Origin: Vicugna vicugna
Taxonomy: Eukaryota
Direction of reading: 5' to 3'
Assembly (NCBI GenBank): GCA_013265495.1
Contig: MU058423.1
Coordinates: forward strand, 5,990,939 to 6,054,938
DNA: 64,000 bases
The notes below the pieces were generated by a model. It was not told the DNA's origin, made no database searches, and saw only the letters and a program-made list of their open reading frames with translations. A program made the position numbers and the translations under genes. Shown here piece after piece: positions 1-11,525 of the stretch (position 1 is its first letter; each line of letters starts with the position of its first letter).

Positions 1-692
1 TGCTGGTGGGAATGCAGTTTGGTGCAGCCACTATGGAAAACAGTGTGGAGATTCCTCAAAAGACTAGGAATAGACTTACCATATGACCCAGGAATCCCAC
101 TCCTGGGCTTCTACCCAGAAGGAAATCTACTTCAGGATGACACCTGCACCCCAATGTTCATAGCAGCACTATTTACAATAGCCAAAACATGGAAACAACC
201 TAAATGTCCATCAACAGGTGACTGGATAAAGAAGAGGTGGTATATTTATACAATGGAATACTACTCANNNNNNNNNNNNNNNNNNNNNNNNNNNNNNNNN
301 NNNNNNNNNNNNNNNNNNNNNNNNNNNNNNNNNNNNNNNNNNNNNNNNNNNNNNNNNNNNNNNNNNNNNNNNNNNNNNNNNNNNNNNNNNNNNNNNNNNN
401 NNNNNNNNNNNNNNNNNNNNNNNNNNNNNNNNNNNNNNNNNNNNNNNNNNNNNNNNNNNNNNNNNNNNNNNNNNNNNNNNNNNNNNNNNNNNNNNNNNNN
501 NNNNNNNNNNNNNNNNNNNNNNNNNNNNNNNNNNNNNNNNNNNNNNNNNNNNNNNNNNNNNNNNNNNNNNNNNNNNNNNNNNNNNNNNNNNNNNNNNNNN
601 NNNNNNNNNNNNNNNNNNNNNNNNNNNNNNNNNNNNNNNNNNNNNNNNNNNNNNNNNNNNNNNNTCAATAAAAAAATTTAAAAAAAAAAAAA
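1..692 (+). mobile_element. Young LINE-1 3' end (ORF2 C-terminus, gap, poly(A) tail)
   Basis: The frame from base 1 reads [36 protein letters not shown]...CTPMFIAALFTIAKTWKQPKCPS...WYIYTMEYYS, the L1 ORF2 Cys-rich C-terminus, with no stops. After the gap come TCAATAAAA and an A-rich tail (665-692). Confidence 0.95.
268..664. other. Assembly gap (397 N)
   Basis: Run of N lying where the L1 3' UTR is expected. Confidence 1.
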
Positions 693-967
693 TTGAAGGG
701 GAAAAAAATGGAGCAACTAAATTCATGTTTTTAGGTGAATACTTTCAAGATTATGTCTTGCTTCAAAGTTCTATTTACAATGTTAGTGCCAAGTCAATAA
801 CTTTTTATTTCATTTCTAGCTTAACAACGCTACCTGCTTTTCTGCCTGTCTCCAATTCTTTCTCCCCAGTTCCAAAGCAGGTTCCAAAGCCTTGAATTAA
901 TGGCAAAAACATGTACATAAAATGTAGAAGATAAAAATCATAATGATATATTTTTAAAAATTATTCC

Positions 968-1086
968 AGTTGCAAGATGTTACAATTAGGGTTAGCTAGG
1001 GGAAGGATATGCAGGATTTCTCTGTATTACTCCCTACAAATATATGTAAATATGTAATAATCTCAAAATAAAAACTTTAAAAAAAA
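968..1086 (+). mobile_element. Ancient L1 3' terminus (L1MC-like)
   Basis: ttgcaagatgttacaattaggg...gatttctctgtatta...atctcaaaataaaaa resembles L1MC-type 3' ends. Confidence 0.65.
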
Positions 1087-1089
1087 TTA

Positions 1090-2050
1090 GAGGAAAGAGA
1101 GAATCACAAATACTAAACAGAAAAAGGAGAATAATATGAGAAACTTTATATCACTATATTTTAAAAGAAATAGTGAACTGACAGTATGTACAATTAGAAT
1201 ATGTGATTAAAAATTTAGCTACTAAAGGAATTAAATCTATAATTAAAAATTCCCCCAAATATTCTTTGCTAAGATGAATTTAGCAGTATCACTGAACTTT
1301 TAATGATGAAATAACACTATGTTATATAAATTTACTAAAAAAGCACAAAAAATTGAAAATGAGTGAAAAACTACTTGTTTTATGAAGTCAAACATAATCT
1401 TGATACAAAATTCTGACATTAACATTGTAAGAAAGGAAAGTAATAAGCTAGTTTTAAGTGTAAAATAAATTTTAAAATGTATTAAAGGTATAATACATCA
1501 AAACCAAGTTTATACATTCAAGAAATGAAAGGTAATTTACTATAGTATTAGGATAAAGAAGAAACATTCCTAAGAGATACATATAAGTTATTTCATGGTA
1601 TACCAAAAAAGAATATATAATAGGATTTTTCTTATATAATTAGTGTTAAATATTAAAAACTTAGAGAAAGCATAATACTTTATGTTAAAATCTTGAAAGT
1701 TTTATGTTTGAGATGATTTATCATTCAAGGATCCATATAAATATTTCTCCTCAAAAATTTAAAAGTGGTCACAGTCTGCATAGTACAAAAGATAAAAGAA
1801 AGAATGTTTAAGGAATAAAAAGGGAGAAAAAACTTTACTACTTAGAGATGTTATCAGTTTGTAGGTAGAAATAACCCTTCAAAAACTCTGTAGAAAAATA
1901 TTATAATTAATAAGCAAAGTTATAGTGAACATTAAGATTAAATTTTCATTTCTAAATGATAGCAACAAGCGGGATAAAAGAATCTTTTAAAAGTTCCATT
2001 TAAGACAAGATATAAAATATCAGATACATAAGAACAATTATAAAAACATA
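1090..2050 (+). mobile_element. Highly degraded ancient L1 ORF2 fragment
   Basis: A-rich, with residual ORF2 motifs (tttatgaagtcaaacataatcttgatacaaaa; agatgttatcagtttgtaggtagaaa). No open frame. Confidence 0.6.
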
Positions 2051-2080
2051 TTTTATATATATTTAAACAAAAATAGTACA

Positions 2081-3367
2081 GATTTCAAAGTCAGCAAAAT
2101 GGCCCTGAACAAATAACAATTTATGGCCCAAAATAGCTTTCTGAGAACTCTAGAAAACAGTTAAGAACACCCAACAAAGAAGAAGCTGACTTCAAACTGG
2201 CAGGAAATTAGTGGCATTTTGCTCACCCTTGCCCCACCTTCTTAATGTTGCACGTATGTGTGACGTGGAGTGAACGGCTCAATTTTCAACTTATACTTCG
2301 GGACAGAAAGAAAAGGAGAAAACTTTCTTCTCACATTCTGGCCTGTCTAGGGTTTGGTTGAGGGATTTACTTCTGTCCTGCTTGACTAAGAACAGTGATG
2401 AGAGTGGTGGCAGAGTTTAGATATCAGATTGGAGGCTGCTGAAAGCAGTGAAGGGTATTGTGACATACTGGAGCTACATGTAGTCTACAGTTCCGTTGGA
2501 ATCTTGGGGCATGAGATTATGGGCAGAGGAATACGACAGAAATCTAAGATAACCAGGAGAAGCCAGGGGTGAGACCCTTAAAAGTAGCTGTACAGATGGG
2601 GAACTGAAAAAAAAAAAAAAAAAAAAAAGCACATCCAAAGGCCCAGAGAAGATGCATCCATCATTCCTAAAATACATCTGAAAGGACCTGGAGCCTTTAA
2701 ATTGGGCTAATTAGTGAAGGTCTTCCTCTATTCAAAGATATTCCATTAAAAAGTGGAGAAATGGCTGCTTTTTCAAATTCTCAAATCTCAGTAAAAATCA
2801 CAGGTACACAAAGAAACAGGGAAAAGGAGCCCATTCAAGGGAACAAAATAAACCTCCAGAAACTAACCCTAGAGCAATTCAGACTTCTAACCAACTAGAC
2901 AAAGACTTGAAAATACTTCCTTAAGTTTACTCAATAACCAAAACAAAAATTTAGACAGACAAGTAAGCAAAATTAGGAAATGATTCATGAACAAAATGAG
3001 AATATCAAAAAGAGACACAAATAGTAAGAAAAGAACTCTGGAGCTGTAAAATACAGTAAATGAATTGAAAAATGTATTAAAAGTGTTCAACATCAGACTT
3101 GATCAACAGAAGAGAAAATATTTAGTGGACCTGGAGATACATCATTTGAAATTATCAAGTCAGAGGAGCAAAAAATAATAATAATAAAGAAAAGTGAAAA
3201 GAGCCTAAGGCATTTACGGGACACTATCAAAGGGAACAACATACATAGTATGGGAAACCCAAAAAAGGAAGAAGAGAGAAAAAGGAGCAGAGAGCTTTTT
3301 TGAAGAACTGAACACTTAAAAGTGGTCAAGTTGGTAAATTTTACATTGTGTTTTATCACACCAAAAA
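2081..3367 (+). mobile_element. L1M 5' UTR plus ORF1 joined directly to an L1MB-like 3' terminus
   Basis: 5' start-like cagcaaaatggcc. Degenerate ORF1 at about 2760-3307 (catcagacttgatcaacagaagag, gaaattatcaagtcagaggagc, gggacactatcaa). Then gaactgaacacttaaaagtggtcaagttggtaaatttt, an L1MB 3'-end motif. Confidence 0.75.
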
Positions 3368-3374
3368 CTTAGGG

Positions 3375-3765
3375 AAAAAATGAACAGATACCTGCTATAC
3401 AAAGCAACATGAATGAATTTCACAAAATTATTATTTAGTAAATGAAAGCAAGACATTAAGAACACATACATTAAGACTCTATTTATATAATGATCAAATT
3501 TGACAATTAAAACTATCATACTTAAGAATTCTTGTACCGGCAAAACAGTAAAGGAGTGTTAAGGAAGCGATTACTGTAAAACTCTCAATTGTGATTCCTC
3601 TTAGATGAAAAGAGAATAGTTAGGAGGGGGCTTGAGAGGCTCTTCATGGATGCTGGCAATGCTACTGCTACTTTTTATTTTTAATCTGAGTGACACATTG
3701 CTGATTGCTTTTAATTTATTGCTCAGCAGTTTCAATTTTGTACCATTTTCTGTATGTGTGTCTGT
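3375..3765 (+). mobile_element. L1ME-like 3' UTR
   Basis: gcaacatgaatgaatttcacaaaa...ggatgctggcaatg...ttttctgtatgtgtg is typical of L1ME 3' ends. Confidence 0.65.
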
Positions 3766-4207
3766 CTTGGATGGTCTCTTGGCAACTCTCCATCACTTTA
3801 TTCTCTTCTAAATTTTGTCAATGAGAATATCACAAAATGTGTCTACCAGGAGGGAAGAAGGGGTTACTGAGGCAGTTACAGATATGAATTGCAGAGCTGG
3901 CTACATAGAAAACTGCTCACTTTTGTGGCCCAAACGAGAAAGTTTGTGAGGACTGCCTAAATATTCTTATAAATTGCAGCAACTTTCTACAGGTTTGTTG
4001 AGAACATCTGTCTTTAGTTTGCTGGCCACTTCTGACCTTTGATATTCTTGGAATATATGGAGAGGCTTCTACATTCTAAAAGGAACTTCGATTCTGTGTC
4101 TGTATTTGTATCTATAACTACATCTGTATTCATATATATATCTATGTATATCAGGGTTGCATATGAGTTATATTTCACATTAAAACATGTTGAAATGTTT
4201 GGAGGCT

Positions 4208-4428
4208 GCTATTAACAATACTATGTTGTATATCTGAAATTTGCTAGGAGAACAGATCTTCAAGTTCTCATTACAAGAAAAAAATTTGTAACTATGTGAG
4301 GTGATGTGTGTTAATGAAGCTAACCAGTAATCATTTAACAATATATACATATATCAAATCATTCTGTTATGCACCTTAAATTTGTATAGTGTTGTATGTC
4401 AATTACATCTCGATAAATCTAGAAAAAA
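4208..4428 (+). mobile_element. L1MA9-like 3' end (5' truncated)
   Basis: aacaatactatgttgtatatctgaaatttgct...gtaactatgtgaggtgatg...gtcaattacatctcgataaatctagaaaaa. Confidence 0.85.
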
Positions 4429-5807
4429 GTGAGAAGTATAATACTATCATGATTTTCTAACACTCAACCATCTTAATTCATTTTGACCACCTTGTGACAC
4501 ACAATGGGCACTTGTTATATACTGTCACTTGCCAAAATGCAAAGTACTCTGGAACTCATTAATTTAAACAATAAAGGTATGTAATCTGGTGTTATAAAAC
4601 CACCACGAGAAAGAACACCTACTACCACTTTTTAAAAATTATTTCTGTTGTGAGACTATATAGCTTGAAGAGATCCACTTTAGAAGTCTTTTTATATTAA
4701 TAGTGGCAAAGGCTATTATTGCAGGCAAGGGCTGTTATTGTAGGACAACTAAAACAGCAGAAATCAAATCTTCACTCAGTGCTTGATATGCAGGCCAGGT
4801 ACACAGTGCAAGGTTATGTAGGTTCTTTCTGGCTTCTGAAAACTATTTCAAAGGTTGTTCTCCCTTGCTAGTATGTAAAAGTTTGAGAATTTGCTGTCTT
4901 CATACTTTCCGCACCAAAGCCAGCATTACAAGGAATGGAACACAACTTTCATCAGTAGTTAGGATGAGTTTAACTTGTAATCTACTAGGTATTTGCCATA
5001 AATATGTAATAGGTTACCATTGAAAATAGAATGTTTCCTTTTTTACTCAATTTAGACTTTCAAACTATAACTAATAAAGACATATTCGTAAGATCATTAA
5101 ATAATGATTAAAAATCAAAGAGTCTGAGAGTTAAGTCTATTTAATAAATAAAAATTCAACTCAAAAGATAGTATTTAATCTCGGCAGATATTTTCACTTT
5201 ATAAAATGAATTAATCAAGTTGATGTCCTTTTTTAATATTGTGGGAGTAAATTTCCTGTTTTATTACAATCCTGGGAATGAGAATCTTAAAGCTTTCATT
5301 AACTTCTAGAAGAAAATACATTTAATCAAAAGTTTATATGTTTCTATGTGATACATATGGTGACATTAAAAATTTTAACTGTCAGATACTAAAGTTGTAC
5401 ATGAATATATTTACATATATATATATAATTTTGAAACATTTTATTCATTCCAGGTTAGAAAGATGGGAAGATACAGGGAAAAAAAGTATTTGAATTTTGA
5501 GTATCAGAAGTAGTTACTAGTAATCATTTTTAAATTTCTATTTTAGTAACTGAAACATTTGCTTTAGAGCTTTTCAGGTTATATTTAAAAAATCTAATCC
5601 CATTTAATTTTTTATTATAAAGTCCCTTGAATTATAACCAAAACTAGTAACCCATTTAAACTCAGGCTCCCTTCCTAAACTTCTCAGTAGAGGAAACAAC
5701 AAAAAAAACAACAGAACCCACCAGCATATACTTAAGGGATAACTTGAGTTTTCCTTTCTTTTGAAATATATTTTTCACAAGTTTTACAAAGCCTTGTGAA
5801 GTGGCTG

Positions 5808-5846
5808 TCATTTGAACTCTGTTTCTTTATCCTTTGGTACCAGTGC
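5808..5846 (-). other. Candidate second exon (coding part) of a minus-strand transcript
   Basis: Strong acceptor ttttgaagctctttctccag|G (AG at plus 5847-5848). Spliced to the 6293 donor it adds ALVPKDKETEFK-stop. No strong downstream donor seen. Confidence 0.25.
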
Positions 5847-6292
5847 CTGGAGAAAGAGCTTCAAAAATGATAAAAATAAAATAAAATAAAATATTCTCCC
5901 AAAGATTTGATATTTTTAAATACTCTCAGTTCTCTCAAGGTTACAAATTATAGTTTCAACATGCAGTCACTGTCTTCTACTCTCATAAATATCCTCAAAT
6001 ATTGATACACTAAATATAAATTAAAAAATTCTAGTTGTGTTTTAAAATTTTTTTCGTAATTAGTTTTTATGGACTGTGCCATCCTTTTGTTGTATTACGT
6101 GGCAGCTAGCAACATTTTAGGGTTTTGTAATTAATTGTTGAAATTCCATATACATATATATTTAATGAAAAGAGACATGTTTCGTCATCAAAAGCGCTTA
6201 TAAAGAACTTGTTATGTTTACGCGAGGAAATAACAGTTAATAATATATTGTAACGCTTTGCTATGTCTTCACCCTCAATTTGATAAATTTAC

Positions 6293-6661
6293 CTCATGGA
6301 ATGAGCACCTGAGCGCACCTGAGGGTCCTGCTGTGTTGGGGTGTGTCTCACCGGGACACCCCTCTTTCCAGCCTCCTACCTCCTTTCCAGTCACAACCTC
6401 GAGGACAATCTTCTCGGCCTTCTCTGTCTCAGGCACCAGACAGTCTGTTTTTTTTCTGTCAAGCGGCCCTGCGCTCCCGGCCTCGGCGCTTGGAGGCCGC
6501 CCGATCGGCTGGTCACAGGCCCCCAGAGGCCCCCTCACCCCCCGCCTCTCTCGGGCTCTGTCTCCACCGCGACCCCCACTCCAGGGAGCTGGCTGAGCCT
6601 GAGGGTGAAAATGCCGTACCAGCGAGGTGGCCTGCCCTCTTCCAGAAAGTACAGAAGCCAT
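6293..6661 (-). CDS. Candidate first exon/ORF of an unidentified minus-strand gene or lncRNA (MASVLSGRGQ...RCSFHE)
   Basis: Open frame from an ATG at 6661 through the CpG island, ending at GAG|GTAAAT exactly where GC content collapses. Kozak context is weak and no homology was recognised. Confidence 0.25.
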
Positions 6662-6920
6662 CCAAAGACAAGTGCAGGACAGCCCTGGACGCTTGGCAAG
6701 CCCCCCACGGCCCGCCTGGCCCCGCCCTCTCCCCGCGGCCCTGTGGGAGCTACCTGGCCCCGCCCCCTCCACCTCGGCTTCCGGCTTCCGGGAGCGCCGG
6801 CCTAGGTGAGCGGGTGGAAGGAATCTCCAAGGTAGGTAACCACCTGACTAACCTCTCAGCCTGCTGACCGCAGGTTGGGCAGGGCGGGTATCTCTTCCAA
6901 AGGCTCGTCCTCGAGCAGGA
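6300..6920. promoter_or_regulatory. CpG island / probable bidirectional promoter
   Basis: Only CpG-dense segment in the window. Two GC boxes (GGCCCCGCCC at about 6718 and 6756) and tandem ETS/GABPA sites CTTCCGGCTTCCGG (6778-6791). Plus-strand donors TAG|GTGAGC (6805/6806) and AAG|GTAGGT (6831/6832); minus-strand donor at 6293/6292. Confidence 0.8.
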
Positions 6921-7059
6921 CTAGAGACTCTGGAGCTCAGGGGCCTTTGAGGGGCGCCTCTACATTTCCCTGGTGTCAGGGCTTCTGCTTGAGCCTTTCT
7001 GCCAGCAACCACCAGGCAGCTTTTAACCACCCTGGGGCCCCTCCCAGGCCAGGGCCCAA

Positions 7060-7892
7060 ATGGGAACAATAAAGCTTCTGCCGCAAAATAAACAAACAAA
7101 TAAGCTTTAGAAAGGGCCCGTGCATCTTTCCAAAAAAAAAAAGTTTTATTCTCCCTTAGATTTACCACATTCCCCCCTTCCCTTCCCCTATTAAGATGAT
7201 ATATAAGCTCTTAAATCTCACCACTTTTTTCGAGTACTTTTCTTTTTTTCCTGTGAAACTCTCTGTGCATGCAATTTTAAAAATAATAAATTTGAGCATC
7301 TGTTCTCCTGTTAATTTGCTTGTTGCTTATTTCTTAGAGTTAGCTTTGGACTGAAGGGTAGCAGAGTGTACCACCCCAAGATATGTGATTTTGGCACAAG
7401 AATTATTTTGAGCTGATGACGCAAGAAAAGCTCCCACCTTCCCTTATTTCCTTTAAAGCAGGACGTACATTTTCACAGCCATTCCTTCTCCCATTTCTAC
7501 CAAAAAGGACAAAAGTTAATCACCCCATTAGTATCGGCCTGGAGAAGGGACCAGAGGAATCTGCATAACAAACTTTACTAAATACCCTTTATTTCAACCC
7601 CTAGAGGCCTAAAACTTCTTTCCTCTTGTCATTTCTCCACAAATTCATTCTTTGTTGAAGATGCTATATAAGCTGGAATTCTAAATTGTCTCTTTGAATT
7701 ACTCATGTTTCCTTGGATATCTCCCATATATACATGAGGTATTCATGTTAATAAACTTCTACTTGTTTTTCTCTTGGAAACCTGTCTTTATTACAGTGGT
7801 CTCAGCCAAAAACTCAGAAGGGTAGAAAGAAAATTGTTTTTTCTCCCCTGTAGAACCCAGAAGGATAGAGGAAAACTCTTTTTCCCTTATAC
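7060..7892 (+). mobile_element. ERV1 LTR (MER34/MER39-like), split by a second LTR
   Basis: TATA-like gatatataagct, AATAAA followed by ttctcctgttaat. The terminal part resumes at 7853-7892 (gaacccagaaggatagaggaaaactctttttcccttatac). 5' boundary uncertain. Confidence 0.7.
7352..7852 (+). mobile_element. Solo ERV1 LTR (MER34A-like)
   Basis: Starts TGAAGGGTAGCAGAGTGTACCACCCCAAGATATG, has TATA (gctatataagc) and AATAAA, and ends ...ttctcccctgTA. 4-bp flanks GGAC/GAAC. Confidence 0.85.
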
Positions 7893-8538
7893 TTTCTATG
7901 TATAAAGAGATAAAAACTAAGTTTAAGCCATAGCTGTTCTTTTAAGATGCACAAATCATCTAACTCTAATTTAATCAACATGTGATTTAAGAAAAAGCTA
8001 ATTAATGGAGATCTGAAGAGTAGGCCCTGTGAAGGAAAACAAAACCCAAACCAAACCAACACAAAAGAAAAAGATGCAGTGGTAAAAGGAAATCTAAAAT
8101 CTAGATCTTTTAATCTTGCTCAACACATAAATGCCTACAGACACAAACACACATGCAGGCATGTGTGCATACACAGAGATGCACATATTAAAATAAGTAA
8201 AATTGTTTCAGTATGTGGCATGAGGCATTTCTGGAAACTTTCACTCTGATAAATATTAGCCAATTAAGAAACATAGAATTTTAGATTTTTATTTTTTATT
8301 TGCCTGCTTACTAGTAGTAGTAAATATTTTATTAATTTCTCAGACTCTTTATTCATAACTTTTTAAATACATAATCATTTTGCAGGAGAAGAGTAATAGT
8401 AGGCAATATATAAAAATGCTGGGAATATTGGAATTCTGATTAAGTTTCTTGCCTAACTGAAGTATAATAAGAAACAAACTAATTATTTTTTGTTATTCAA
8501 ACAATAGCACCAAAAACATTTTGCTAAAGTTATCTTAA

Positions 8539-8977
8539 TGTGTTAATTTTCTAATGCAGCGATAGCAAAGCACCACAAACTGGGTGGATACACAATTTAT
8601 TGTCTAACAGTTCTGGAAGATAGAAGTCTGAAATCAAAGTGTCAGCAGTGTTGGTTACTTCTGACAACTGTATGAGAGAATTTACTCCTGTCTTTCTAGT
8701 GTTGGTGGTTTGCTGATAGTCTTTGTCATTCTTTGACATGTAGATGCATCACTACAGTCTGTGCCTTCATCTTTGCGTGGAGTTCTCCCTGTGTGCATCT
8801 ATTTCAAGTGTCCAAATTTCTCCTTTTTATAAATACACAGTCACGTTGGATTAGCACCCACTCTAATCACTTCATCTTAATCATCTACAAAGATGCTATT
8901 TCAAGAAAATTTTACAATTACAGTTACTGGAAAGTTAGAACTTCATCTTTAAGGGGAATGTAATTCAACCCATAACA
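8539..8977 (-). mobile_element. MaLR solo LTR (MLT1B/C-like)
   Basis: TG...CA termini. Motifs caccacaaactgggtgg, cagttctggaagatagaagtctgaaatcaaag and aattcaacccataaca. 5-bp flanks CTTAA/CTTAG. Confidence 0.9.
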
Positions 8978-9121
8978 CTTAGCAACTCTGGCATCATTAA
9001 CACAGGTAAAGTTGTATTAACTCGGAAGAAATAAGGGAAAGAAACACAAACATCCCAGTTAGATAATTGGGGCTCATGTTTCTTTACAAATATTTATAAC
9101 TAATTTATTTCTGATACAAAA

Positions 9122-9301
9122 ACTGTATTTTATCAATTCAAAGATATACTTTTTACATTTTAAAATGTATTAAATCATAATGGATATTAAAAATTGGTGA
9201 CAATTTATAATTATAATTGCAAGCTTTTTCAATTTATTAATGATAACTAAAATAATACGTCTTAAACTAAATAACTTGTAGATCCCATGATATATGACAG
9301 T
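9122..9301. mobile_element. Tigger-type MITE (MamRep434-like), degraded
   Basis: Begins actgtattttatcaattcaaagat...tttacattttaa and ends with a degenerate inverted terminus. Confidence 0.45.
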
Positions 9302-11147
9302 GTGTTTTCTTTTGCAGTATAAGTTAAACATTATGTTTAACTCCTATTTAACCAGGTAAAACCTATATTCTCTCTTTGCCCAGCTGTTTTTAACAACATT
9401 TAGCACTCTTAGAGAAGAGAAGTCATATTCTTTCAACAGAGAACATGAAGTCAGAAATCTACACGTAAGTTTGTACATCACATAATATTTTGATTGAAAC
9501 AACCTTTAATCAACCAAGTATATGATCATTGATTGTAACTAAAATCTCTAAATGCATTAACCATATCTTTTTCTCTTGGTTCCAAATCCCCAGTCACCTT
9601 TTTAATTTTAATATTGTTAGACGGGATTAAGTTTCACTATGTTCAATCCTTTGTGGATTGTTAGTACCAAATTATATCATAATTCAGCCCTTTTGCAAAA
9701 TCTTCCTTAAAAAGTTTGCAGATTGCTTTTTTTTAAGAATTGTACTCATTATTTGAATTATATGCACTATGAAAGCAATGTAAAATGCAAAGACATGGAC
9801 ATTGTGACCATTTTTATATGATTCTGTATATTAAACATATACATTTTGTTCTCAAATTCTCTTCTCAAAAATATTTTATTTGTCTTACAGTATTTGGAAA
9901 TACAACATTTTCCTCAGTTAAATAACCTGTCACTATCATGTTAACCATGTGTTGACCATCTGCCATGTTTCAGTTTCAAATCAGATTGGTGAATAATTAT
10001 TTCCACAAGCACAATTCCTTTGAGAGGGAAGCTTAGGCAAGGCACATGGAGTTACAATATTCACTATATTCATTAGCATTAATATTCATTCACAAACACA
10101 TACATGTATTTATTTTATCTTGTTCTGGTAGATTAACACCCTAAGAGGATTGAGTAATGAAAGGGTTGGCGCATATTTAGTCAATACATTTCTCTCAGGG
10201 ACACTCTGTTCGTTGTTAAATGAAGAACAATGAGACCAAGGACACTATTTTTTTGGTTTATTTTTATGTTTGTGGAGGGTCTTGCTATGGTTGACTAATG
10301 TTCTGCTGTAGTACATTTTTATATGGGGCTGAAATTTTAATTAGTCCTTTGAGTTTTAGTCAGTTGTCTTTTGGCGACTCACTGCACATGTCTTCAGTCA
10401 CTTTCTTTGACACCAACTTATGTCTTGATACTCTCTTTCCTAATTAATCCACTTGCATAGCGTTAAATGTAAAAGCTCTATAAAACATTTTTGGAGTGTC
10501 TTAAAATTTGTCTTTTTGTTATTATGACTATTTGCTTTTAACCTTTGCTGAATACAGCTCAACTGTATCATGCTTCATCAACATTATTCAGTTAAATATT
10601 ATTTTGTGTAATCAACTATATTATTATGCTTGTTTATAAAATTTTACTTTGTTAATATAGATTAACCCATAATGTCTCACATAAGGAAGACACTTAAAGC
10701 ACTTTATAAACAATAGTCTGACTATTGATAGCAATAAATTTGAGAAATATTATTATTACAATCTTTAATGTAAGAAAACTGAGAATTATAACTTGAAATT
10801 GACAATTTTTGGTTTACTGGAAGTTGTATGAGTACAAGAAGTTAATTATTAGCCTGTGGTTTAAAAAGTTTCTTGAGGTTATTGGTATGATTCGCTCCCT
10901 AAGAAAAATAGAGGCTATTTAGTCAGTTACAATATGAAATGGTACAATAATTGACATACCATTCTATCGTTTGTTGAGTACTTCTCAAGAGAAAGATATG
11001 AATCTTCTAAGGGACATAATTAGCATTGTGGGTCTCCAACCTGGAAGTAAATAAGCCCCTAAAAAGTAAGATGCATGTCTGCCATTTACAGTCTTATTGG
11101 AGATGCTTCAGTCAGAGCTAGTCTGATTCTGATGCACAGGGGAGGAG

Positions 11148-11161
11148 GAGAGAGAGAGACA

Positions 11162-11209
<48 letters not shown>
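11148..11209. repeat. (GA)n-(CA)n compound microsatellite
   Basis: Directly visible. Confidence 0.98.
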
Positions 11210-11212
<3 letters not shown>

Positions 11213-11525
11213 TAAGACCTAATCTGAGAAGGGATAGCTACAGACAGTACTTCACTTATTTAGATGACACCTCTTGAAACCAAACTGTACCCAGAGGCTT
11301 TCTTTGAAATAACCTATAAATAAACTAAACATAGGAATAGCCATGCCATGGTCCAAGACAGGGAAATACATACTGAGCAAGAATATCTGAAACATGATTA
11401 TATCCTGCTAGGGACAGGGATAAGAAGAAGGAGGAATTGGAAACATACCACTTTTTTCTCTATTTTTGCCATAAAACCCAGCTAACAAATTATTAGTCTT
11501 TTTAATCTTTTTTTATCCCTTCAAG

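Noticed and set aside
237..726. Long ORFs spanning 237-726 in the ORF track
   Set aside because: Artefacts of the N gap.
3770..4990. Possible pseudogene or exons in the unique-looking sequence around the L1MA9 fragment
   Set aside because: The frames I translated contain stops and no recognisable protein motif.
6258..6867. Overlapping plus-strand ORFs (112-174 aa) in the CpG island
   Set aside because: Non-ATG starts and low-complexity Pro/Arg/Ala-rich sequence, as expected from stop-codon scarcity in GC-rich DNA.
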